This document shows, in pieces, positions 52,723-64,000 of a DNA stretch of 64,000 nt (position 1 is its first letter; every line of letters starts with the position of its first letter). Under the pieces are notes generated by a model, which worked only from the letters and a program-made list of their open reading frames with translations, was not told the DNA's origin and made no database searches. A program made the translations under genes and the position numbers. The DNA comes from Antedon mediterranea (lineage: Eukaryota > Animalia > Echinodermata): NCBI RefSeq assembly GCF_964355755.1, contig NC_092673.1:22689648-22753647 (forward strand), written 5' to 3'.

Positions 52723-55700
52723 AACATAAAATGCTCTAAAACAAACATTGAATACCCTTGTTTGAGAAGAAAAACAGGTAATGCATAATAGAAGTTCTGC
52801 AAAACAGCTTAAAAAACAGGGAAGAAAAAGTTAACACAAGAACCACACAGCAGGGAAAAAAATAACATATTTGTGTACGAAAAAAATAAAAGGCTACAAA
52901 CATCAGAAAGATCTTATTGGGATAGAAAGAAAATATGTATTGTATGTATGTACTGCATTATGGGTTGTCTGTGGTTCAGAAGAAAAAAGAACAATTTTAA
53001 AATCAAAAAATTTCCTAACTTTGCAGAAGTGAAAGGATGACTGAAAGAACATTTTGAAGAACCAAGATAAAAAATATTTAGAAATCTATATATTAGGTAT
53101 ATTTTAGTCTCATCATTATATGTATATTTTATTAATTTTTTTTAATTTATAATTATTTATTTATTTTTTAAATTTTATTTGATTTTCTTATCCTTTTTAT
53201 ATTCTCTTAATTAACATCTATATTTATACTATACTATTCTATACCAATCTCTATAAAATAGTATAATAAAGCAGTTTTAAAAATCAGAGTTTACAAAAAT
53301 AAATCTGTAGTTTTATTTTGTAAAGTAAACTTTTGCAAAGTGTTTGTATATTAATTTAATGTCATTTTTGTAAATAGTATGAATTAATGAATTGAATATA
53401 TGTATAATAATATTTACAAGCTGGTTATTACATATTTTTAATTATCAGAACATCAATAATGTTGATTAATGTAATTTTTTTAAATAAATTTCTAACTATT
53501 TTGTGCTTTTTTGCATACTGTAAAGTAAATTTATATATTTATTGTCAGTTTTTAAAAAATATAAAGAAATGGTTTTGCAGATTATCCCCTAATGAAATAA
53601 AATTATTCATCTTCTGTATTATTATTATATTATTATTATTATTACATATGTTGGTAAAACAAATAAGAAATGTTGACTTTTGATTCAAGGACATGTTGAT
53701 ATCTGTTGTTGAAAAAAGGAGGGAAAATATCTACAAAATGCTACTTATGTATAATTAGTAGAACTCAAAACTTGCCAATCGGATAAACTTTTGAAAAGAA
53801 ATTTGAAACAAACAAGTCATGTTTTTGCTACTCCATAACTTGTTATCAAAAAAAGTTACACACTAAGTAGAAAATCTCCTTTATTCTATGCTAAGTCTAC
53901 AGTTCTTTCAGAAAAACAAGTTACAAGAAACCTTTCTTAAAGCAAAACATGTAGAGACATGATTGGACTTAAGATTAACAACAAAAGATGGCCCAAGACC
54001 TAATCAATAGAAGCCCACACTGTTACACAACAAACTATCGAAAGCAGATAGGTAAAATCTCAGTTGTATCCACGTTGTATTCGATCGATTAAAGGAGTAA
54101 CGATTTCTGCTGGCTAATACTCTGCCTATTTCCATTCAGTGGTCTCTGAACAATAGAATCTATTCACTTTGAATGGGATTTTACCTTTATAATATGTGGC
54201 TAAATTCCATCATAGCCCATTGTTCTGTAACATATTGTGATAATCAAGGGGTCGGGGATCAGAAAATGGTTAAAATCCATTGTTTACTACCATGGTGGAG
54301 ATTAAATGTACCTCATGGCCGGGAGCAATGCATATAACATAAAATCAACTAGTAGTTACCTATTCAGAAAAGTCAAAGAAACAATAGGCTTAGAGGGCAC
54401 TCAGAATATTCTTGTACAGACCCTTATTCTTAGGCTTAGCAGATTGTGTTCTAGTTGTAAAACAACTTGGATTATAAAAGCCTAGTAATAAACATAGGTA
54501 GGTGTCTAATTGGTGTATTATACAACATCTTAAAATACCAAATAGAAACACTCTATTCAAGGTGGATATACTATGTTAAGATTATTAACAAGAAGCATCA
54601 ACAACCTAAACAATTAACAACAGGGTCTTGATCCTAATGTAACTGCCCACTAAATATGGACTTTAATAATGAAAGGATAGTTACAACAATCAACAGTCAG
54701 CCTATTTAACAACAGTACAACAAATAAGCTCAATTAAAAGCAGGAAAACTAAAGAATACCAATACTAAACACAGGATTTAAATTTTACCTTTAGAATAGA
54801 TACTATATTCTATCTAATCTTAATCTTAGAAAAGAATAAAATGTAGGCCTACCAGATTAAATTAATTATTTATAGGTATTGATCTCAAAATTGATTTTGG
54901 ATTTTGTTAAATCCTGAGTAGAGAAATAAATCCTGCCACTATTCAAATTCGACAAGTTGTCAATAATTTTTTGTTTTTGTTGGCTGATTTGTTAGAATTG
55001 AAAATCAAGCAAGAGGATTTAACATTTACAAAATTCAACTTGGATTAGCAGAGAGAGAAAAAAATAAATGGTTTTACTTAATATCTTGACCTGATATTGA
55101 TTATTGGAGATGGATAAGCTACTCAGCTTAGATGAAAAAGTCAAACAAAAAGCAAACAGAGATCAGAGAAAAGGATGCAAAAACACAAAAGATAGTAGAA
55201 AAATAAAAAGATTATGAGTTGTGGACAAAGATACTGTAACTTACAAAACAAAATCTGTTGGGGAAAACAGATTTTAACAACTGATAATCTAATATTTGAT
55301 ATACTGTACAGTATATCCTTTTTATCTTTCTTTTACTGGTGTTTATCATTGTGCACATGTATTGAAAGAAATGATGATGCCAGTTTGTTCATACTTGATG
55401 AGGGAAGGGAAGGGAATGGGGAAGAGAAGGGAATGGAGAAGAGAAGGGAATGGGAAGGGTGTGTACTACAGGATACTGATAGGAGAAGTTGAATGAATGT
55501 TGTATTGGTTTCCATAAGCTAGACATGAAATAAACTATATATCTTGAAAAGCCTTTTTTGTTAATTGTCTCGTTTAAATATGCTGAAATTCATACCAGCT
55601 AAAGTGCAAATGTCAGCTTCAATTTTTTATATCTAATTTTTATCTGTGTTTAGGAAACTTTCTATGAATTTGTATCTTTTGTAATCTCATGAATATTCAT

Positions 55701-56128
55701 TAGTCATAGTGAGTATGAGCTGCTAATGGGTAAGTGAAAACTATACATATTTGTATAGGATCTAATTGAAATTGCCAATTTATGCAGGTGCGAAGTGGTC
55801 TCCTAGGAATGCAGCTATCTGGTGGCCCATGATGCTCCCGAGTATGCTTGTCACTCCGAGCCCATTTCGTACTCTATATCGTGCGTTTTTAATTACCTGT
55901 TCTGCGTATACATGACCCACAAAGCAAAGTCGTTTTAACAGATCGTTGTTCGTAAGATGGTTAAAATAAGATAATTGATAGAGAATAGCTATAAGAAACT
56001 CAGTAGTGTTAAAGAATCTATAACATATAAGTCTGGATGGTTTGACAGGGCGTCCCAGAGACGAGACATTGATATTACGTTCCGTAAATTTACATTGTTT
56101 GTTGATTCTTTGTTTGATTAAAATATAG

Positions 56129-56196
56129 CATTACAATAAGAAACCATTAATTTATTAGTTTATAAACTAATAAATTATTGGTTTCTTATTGTAATG
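56129..56196. repeat. 68-bp AT-rich near-perfect palindrome with no spacer
   Basis: 34-bp arms with one mismatch, centred between 56162 and 56163. Confidence 0.95.
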
Positions 56197-59129
56197 AAAC
56201 ATCATTTGAATCATAGTAATTTAAACTATTATTTAGGGTATACATTTTCATTGGGATACCTGATACCAGAGTTCAAATCCAAGTTTTTGGTCTTTAACAT
56301 GATTTTTTGTTATTGTACAAACAATATATTACATAATTTTGTATAGAATACTTTTAATTATTTTTATGTCCTACGGTCTTGAAGTACTGAACCATTGCTT
56401 ACATGGTTAAAGTTTTATTATTATACTGTTATTTCTTGAATTTATAAAAATTGTGTTTTTTCCAACACATGGTTCAGTTCGGTAACAAAATATTCTGGAT
56501 CTTAGATTATCAATTGTCTCAGTTTTATCGTCAATACTAATTGGTTTTAGAGACACAGCCAAAAACAGAATCATAAAATCAACTATTGAGGGCGATGTGA
56601 CTAGGTGACAGAATACAGTATCCCCAAATGGGTTTCAAACAAAGGTCAAAGGTAATTTTTTTAGATGAATACAAAAACAGTTTTCGAAAATTGTATTTGA
56701 AACTCTCACAAATCTGTATGACATAAACGAAATGAAATATATTTATGATGAAGGAATAAAAAAAAACCCAGCTTGTACAATAATCAATAATGAATGATAA
56801 CTTATCCAGTATAGTTATGACTGAATTGGTTATGGGGAAATAATATAGAATCATGATCGCTCAACCATAAAGCTTCATAGCTTAAATGCGCAATCAAGTA
56901 CCGATCAATATTCAAACGCAAATTTTGCCAACAGAATTTTATCAGATTTTGTATAATCAATACAGTCGTTGCCTATAAATATTTGATATTTTCAAACTCA
57001 CAGGTGTTATGAGAGCTAACAATTCTCAAGCATCTTTCAGTAGCAAACAATCGAAATAAGTAAATCTGTCCTGAAACTAAATCATACGTTTGTTGGGTTT
57101 GTGACTACTCATTAACAAAGCAATGAAATACGTCGCAAATCTTAGGTAAACATTTTATGATAAATTCCGGAGTCCAAAGCCAGATGGCATGCTGGTACAC
57201 GGTTCCCACTCTAGGATAAGATAGGATTGGTAATGAGTCAATTTGGTGTCTACACGCAATCTAATGGTTTATAAAATAAACATGTTCTACTTAACTTTAA
57301 CTAGCCACCGTCGGACAATTAAAAGAACTGAACGGTATTTGTGTGAATCAATGCGCAGTAAAAGCCGGCTTAGATATCAATATGCCTCATCAATTATTTA
57401 TCTTTTTGTAAGTTAAGAAATTAAGAGAAATATACTTGTGATTTTCGTTTCATAAGAATTTTAGAACCATTTTGCGGAACATAATATAATGTGTGTATTC
57501 TAATACGGTAATTCCCTAATGAAGCAATTTATATTAAACAAAAATATATATTATACTATTAAATCTCATTATTTTTCTAAACCTTTATCAATATTAACTA
57601 AAATAAAATTATAACCAATAAAATAATACAAATTTAAGGGTATGCTATATTAACATATTTTGTGTTTGAGAGCAACAATTAAAATTTTATATTTTTATTT
57701 ATTCACACTTGTTTCTGTTTTAAATTTCTCTTGTAAACGTGAAAAATTAACTTTGATCAATCAACTCAAATTTACAGATATTTCAATGATTCTATATTAC
57801 ATTCCTGAATCATTTGAAAAGCTGTAATTCATTTAATTAATTAATAGTCAAAATTGGTAATTTGATTATCATACCTGTAATGTTTAATGGATATCGGATT
57901 AAATTAAAATCCTATTAAAAAATAACCTTATTATTTGTAATGGTATAAAAATAAAAAAAATGTATTACAAAAAGAAGGATTACAACTCTATACAAACCTT
58001 TTTTCAATAATTCTAAAGCTGAAAACTGTATCATATTTATGGACATAGTTGTAATAAAATGTAAAAAATATTGGATAAAATAAGAATTATATATTCAAAG
58101 AGTTACAAAAATAAATTATTTGCAAAATATCATTATTATTCATAACATGTCTGGCTATTATAGTTTGTTTTATATTGTTACAAATAAAGGTATAAAAGCA
58201 ATAACGATATGTCAAACACAAAACATCTTGTTTATGCATTAAATGACAAAGTCAACGCCATCCAATGCATACATTTAGTAAAGTAAAAGTCATGTTTTAT
58301 GACTGATATAAAAAAAAACGCTGATAAAAATTAGCAATTTATTGTAGACACTTGAGTCAAACGAAAGCAAATAAGAACATAAGATCACCCTTCACTTATG
58401 AATATTCGATTAGTCTCGAAGCTAGGTACGAGAACTTAACAGCCGGATCTCGGCACTGATTGGCTAATAACCAGACTCTGTTATTACATTTGCATCATAT
58501 TTTTCGCTCCCATAGGGTTTAAATTATTAAATTCTAATACGATTCTATAGCGCATCAAGGCACAGGAGCATAACAGTTGATCAATTCACTCAGATTTGAT
58601 ACCCTTAAATTAGATGACAAAAATGAAATGACACCAAGAACAGTTTATAATGAATTATGCTCGTCGAGGGAATCGAAGAAACCTGATTTTGATACAACGA
58701 CCAATCTCGATTGATGATAGTCACGGGAGAGTATTACGAGATGGCTACATGCGGAGAAGAAGAACCATCAAATCTACAAATTGAAGAGCAATTAATTACG
58801 GATGAACTACCAAGTTTTTATAGCAATTCGTTCAATGAAATTACAAACATTGGTTCAATTTTTCTATTACTCTTGCTAATGATATCAATTAATAACACCT
58901 TGTTAACAGCTTTTTTATATTGCGTTACAGAATTGTGAATCGCAAGATTAAGATGTTAAAAAAATGCTGTTTTAAACTACAGTTGAATTTACATTTACAT
59001 TACACGTCTTTACAGTAATATTGCAATTTATTTCATTTATGCTCAATGAATACATTACATTATCAATATTATAGATGATTTTTATTTTTATTTATGACAT
59101 GATGGTACAACTGTGCCTAGTCCCAATAA

Positions 59130-59454
59130 AGATGTATTGTTTCACAAAAACATGAAAAATGAAGATTAATAAAATCACTTTGAATAGGCCATTTTGTAGC
59201 TTTAACAAACTTAATAATTTCCATAGAAAAAAAAAATGTTTACTTATAAAATGACAAAATAAACATTAATTCAACCAAAACCCATTGGCTGGCAGCCAAT
59301 TTGACTATTTTTTGCTCTAAATTACAGTTTTTTTAGGTAAATACATTTTTTGTCAATCCAATTTTGGTCAAAGTGGATTTACTATTAGGTGACATTAAAT
59401 GGCATATTAAAAAAAAATGTTTAAGAATTATTTTTCCAGAGGGACAATACATCT
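59130..59454. mobile_element. Kolobok-like MITE copy 6
   Basis: agatgtattgt ... gggacaatacatct termini with degenerate TTAA flanks (ataa/ttat). Confidence 0.72.
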
Positions 59455-62415
59455 TTATGAGATATGTTTTTTTTTTCATGACAATAAATGGGAGTATGAA
59501 TACATAACAAATAAAAAAAACATATCCATGACACATCAGATGGTATCTAGTCCTCATTGTCATAACTAGAGATATGTAAATTTATGTAGAAAATGAGAGT
59601 AGAATATATCTTAAATATTGAAAACAAATTTATTTACTAATTCAATTTTATCTATTGTTTAACAATTATAAATGATTAAACATTTGTTTTGACAAAAGAT
59701 CAAAACCTATCTTTCCATACCAAACATGTTACTACACTCGGTCCACCACCACCACCACCACAAAATCTAAACCAACAATCCTTCCACCAAAACCCATCTC
59801 ACAAACACCACCACCATACCAAAACCTCCTTCCACCGCAACAACCAAATAAATCAACTTATATCTTAAATTAAATTATTTATCATTTTTCATTCAACAAA
59901 ATAAATGTAATCTTGAATCTTATTAAACAGTGTTTTATTATGGTTACACAAGAGTACGGAATCAACAAGCAATTAAACGACTCAAGTGTACTAATCTACT
60001 TGACATAATGATGGTCTTACTCGAATACACTCAAGTACACACTTCAAAAACTCACGACAACCACAAAAAAAAAAGGAAATGAAACGTGTGCGGGTATTGA
60101 AAAGCCAGTACTGAACTGTAACTACGAAAATTGAAGTCAAAAGCAGAGAGGATAAACATCTTTGAGTTTGTCACTCCAGATTGTTAAGCCTCTAGATTCA
60201 ATCAAACTTCATACAATCAGATAAAATCAAACAGGCAAAGAGACGAGTCTTAATTGGCTGAATTCTTTTACTTGGAGAATTTTGCTTCTGGCGTATTAAT
60301 CAGTAGATTAATTGCGTAAGAATAATGATACGTGCTCGTAATAAGCCATAACAACTCCAAAAATATGATTCATATCATATTTCATCTTAATTTGAGATCT
60401 AGTCTTTGCCTAGATAATCACATTGACAAAAGTGTCACCATGATTGCTTACCTTATTCTACCTAATAAATTAATATGCTAATGATTTTTTTTGTACAAAG
60501 AATGTCACAGTTTTAATGCAAATAAATTAATCACATAGAATAACTAATGGATGTAATTTAAAATAAAAAAACTTTGGTCTATAAATATCGAAAATCTTAA
60601 ACTATATTAAATTTACTGATATAAATTTTGCGGTACACCACGTATATTATTATTTATGAAAAGAATTGTTGAGTTTCTCGACGTTTTGAACAATATGCTT
60701 TGATCGTCCTCATGAGTGAGAACTTAAAATTGATTATTAAATTTGATATACAGTATATATAATTATTATTAATTTGGATTTTTTTTGTATAGATGTAAAA
60801 AAAGTTTCAATTCAAGCTTTTCTATCATTTTGCATATTTTATAAGCATTTAGTGTTTCTGTCTCTGTTCTCAAACTTTGTTTTTTTGGGGGGGATTTTTA
60901 AGACAATAGAATTAAATAAATTGATTTTAAATTACAGCAAAAATATAATACAACAGTTTAGGCTTAAATTTAAGAATACATTTTTCAGAAGAAAATTAAG
61001 ACAAATACAATATAAAAAGGCGAGTTTTCAGAATGCTTTAAAATTAGAAATGAAAGTTTCCTGACAGATATAAGTAGGCAAAGAATTCAAATGAAGAAAA
61101 GAACAATTATTTAAATGAAATGAAAAAATAGATGATTTAATCAAATCATATCTCAACAAAACTGAAGCACAACTAAAAAGACAGACGAGTACACTATTGC
61201 CCTATATGCCAGAAGAAATGTATTTATTTATTAATTCAGGCAAAAGATACATTGTACAAAATATAAACCAATCAACAAATTAAACAAAGATGATGCAAGG
61301 AGAAAATAAAACTTATAGTCATAGTAAAAGCAGCCTAAGCCACTGTCACCAAATTGGTATGTATTAGCCACTCGAAAAAACACTAGCAAGCAGACATCAT
61401 ACTCTATCTAAGAATAAAGAGGGAGAATGGAGGGATAGCATAGAAAGAGAGAGAGAGAAGGATATAGCTGTGAGCATTATAAATATAAGTTTTTAATCTT
61501 GTGGAAAGTAATCATTTTAAATACTGCCCTCTCTCTAACATAATAATGATAACTTATCCACTGTACACACTACAGGAAAAGTTGTACACAATTTCAGTTC
61601 CCTAAGATTTTATTGTCGTATAAAAATGTTTAAAAACCTTGAAAAAAATCTTTGAACAATAACAAATGGCTATTATGTGCTAAATTTCAAAGAATTGTCC
61701 ATAAAATATCAAGATAATTATACCATGCACATTCAAAAGCATCTTGCATCACACATTGGCCTGTTGCTGGTACAGCACATTTTAATCAAAGATTTCTGGG
61801 GAAAAGTTAAAATTTTTAGTTAGCAAAAGAGATTGTTTACACCTGGTTACAATTTGTAAAATGTTATTATTTTATAAGTGATATTGTGTATTAGAAATTA
61901 AGTTAATTAATTATAAACATTTGTTGACTCTGGTTGCAAAATAGGGTATTTGGGACGTTCAGTTTTTTTTAAATAATAATTTGAGACCATAGTAAAGTTT
62001 GGTTCACACTTGGACGCAACACAAGAAAAAAAGGCCATTCAGTAAATAACCGATGCAATGAATAAACATTTACCATTGTACAAGGTTTCAATTATACCTA
62101 AATTATACCTAAAATTAAGCTAGTGTCCTGGTAAATCTGTAGTCAAATAAGAAAAGCATGATGTGGCTTTTCAACATTAATATGAAAAAAGGAAGAGTAG
62201 TCATAATACTAAATAAAAAGTACATTATGCTTTTTTTTCATTTCATCCAAATTAAACTGAAAGCTATTAAAGAATAATAAAAAGAATTTTAAGTTCATTG
62301 CTAATAATGATCTTATTTTTAAAACTACAATGTCTGCATTTCATTTATTATATAATGCAATATTACAACAGGATTATAACAAAGAATTGAAATTGCTAAA
62401 CACAATCTGAAAAAG

Positions 62416-62675
62416 AAAACCTTACAGAAAAAGTAATCTAATCTAAATGAAATAACGATGTACAGTAGTAATATGGTTGTACGATTATTGTATAAAAAAG
62501 GTCTAAAAACCTTACAGAAAAAGTAATCTAATCTACATGAAGTGAAGATGTACAGAAGTAATATGGTTGTACGATTATTGTATAAAAAAGGTCTAAAAAC
62601 CTCACAGAAAAAGTAATCTAATCTAAATGAAGTGAAGATTTACAGAAGTAATTTGGTTGTACGATTATTGTATAA
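62416..62675. repeat. 90-bp tandem repeat, ~3 copies
   Basis: ct(t/c)acagaaaaagtaatctaatc at 62421, 62511 and 62601. Confidence 0.93.
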
Positions 62676-63064
62676 ACAAGCACGAATGTGCGATACTCGG
62701 GGTACAGCAAAAGAAGCTGTAATGACGGGATGTGACGTCACATACACATCAATAACCTCGCTACCAAATACGGCTATACGGTACCATCTTCGAGACGTCA
62801 TATGGCTGCATCCGGTTTGAAATTAAAAAATCCGGCTCTATAGCTTTGAGGACATGTCCCTGTAGTATATTCATGCTAAATCCCAGCTCAATACTACAAC
62901 GAATAAGGGAGGAGTAGTACTTTATAAATCGCACTTTTTACTCAATCGTGTCGGATGGAGGAGAAGATGAGAGGGTCCTAGACTCGGGTACCCCGAGTAA
63001 AAAGGTCTAATACTGAAAGGGCCATGATTGGAAACTGCTAATTTCAAATAATTATTACTAATTA

Positions 63065-63200
63065 TTACAGCGATTGCAGAACAAGGCGGCGCGGCTGGTC
63101 TTTGCATGTGGACGGGATCAGCCCTCGGATGGTTTATTGAAAGATCATTGGCTTCATATAAAAAAAAGAATTTTGTACAAAGTTATTGTTTTTGTTTATT
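63065..63200 (+). mobile_element. LINE (CR1/L2 group) ORF2 C-terminal fragment
   Basis: LQRLQNKAARLVF...LLKDHWLHIKKRILYKVIVFVY matches the characteristic LQ.VQN.AAR...LHWLP...RI.YK motif. Confidence 0.8.
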
Positions 63201-64000
63201 TAAATGTATTTATTCTGTTGATGACACTGAAAAATGACAACAGTAACATTCAATGAACATGCTTATTAAATCATAAATAAACTTAACCTTGGGACCAGCC
63301 TTCTTTGTTGAGACGCACAACATTTGGCCAACATCTGCATGTAAAAAGACTTTATATCTTACAGTATAATCCCCATTTCTTAAGACTTACAAATCCTAAA
63401 ACATGCAAGGATGTTGTTATTACTTAAATACGATCATTTGATAACTTTATGGACATTATAAAATGTATTGCGTATATTAAGCGGGCCAATGAAAGTTTAA
63501 CAATTCTTTAATAAAAAGTTAGATTACATAGAATTTTCTCTGATGAATTAAATTATTTTCCATAAAATAAATGATAAAGAACATGCCATACATTAGGACC
63601 AGGCAATATTTTAAGCCGTTAAAATATTTTAAAAATTAGTGTTGTGCCACCCCTTTAACACGCCAGCAAAAATGCGGATTTATGTAACCCGAGTCGTACC
63701 AGGGACATGCACAGAAATGCGAAAATGTAGGCCGGTGTACAGCGTAAAAAGTTACCCGGGTCGCTGAACCACCCGGGTAAGTGATGATTTCAGGTTCGAA
63801 TCTCTGTTCGGGCAGTTTTCTCACTTTGACAAATTGATAGGTTGACTTCGTATAAACATGACATGCATTGTTTTTCTTTGTATCAGATTTCTCTTACACA
63901 TTTTTAATTGATGTATAATTAACCAAATATTATATCTAAAATTCATGCCTGTAGTGAACTGGAATTATAGAACCATACACCAGGGAGGTTTTATACCTCC

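Noticed and set aside
63289-63334. Possible small - strand exon (catgcag| ... |gttaag)
   Set aside because: The donor is weak and none of the translations resembles RPAP2 or another known protein.
770-63370. TACAGTA/TACTGTA words as Tc1-type footprints
   Set aside because: They are frequent but only modestly above my rough compositional expectation, and I found no paralog evidence of insertion. A formal count is needed.

Overview
This is AT-rich (~30% GC by eye), intron-containing eukaryotic DNA, most likely from an invertebrate deuterostome (echinoderm-like; inference). The window holds one complete gene, a Gfi1/senseless/pag-3 family repressor on the + strand: 4 coding exons at 27014-31741, about 401 aa, with an N-terminal SNAG domain and six C2H2 fingers. 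About 5 kb downstream on the - strand is a terminal coding exon (36680-36839) that is absent from the ORF track. It resembles the C-terminus of RPAP2, the tail-to-tail neighbour of GFI1 in vertebrates, and no further exon is evident in the remaining 27 kb. The rest is non-coding and rich in transposon relics: a nested hAT-like/pogo insertion in a 190-bp tandem array, Kolobok-like and Harbinger-like MITEs, a Helentron/DINE-like element, LINE fragments and several satellites. The most notable observations are (1) at least 23 copies of TAGGCCTA, which comparisons between repeat copies show are insertions at duplicated TA sites, matching excision footprints of the GGG...CCC-ended pogo family present in the window; (2) probable ancient Gfi-RPAP2 microsynteny; and (3) Gfi and POU4 motifs around the Gfi gene. 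All calls were made by eye, with no database searches.
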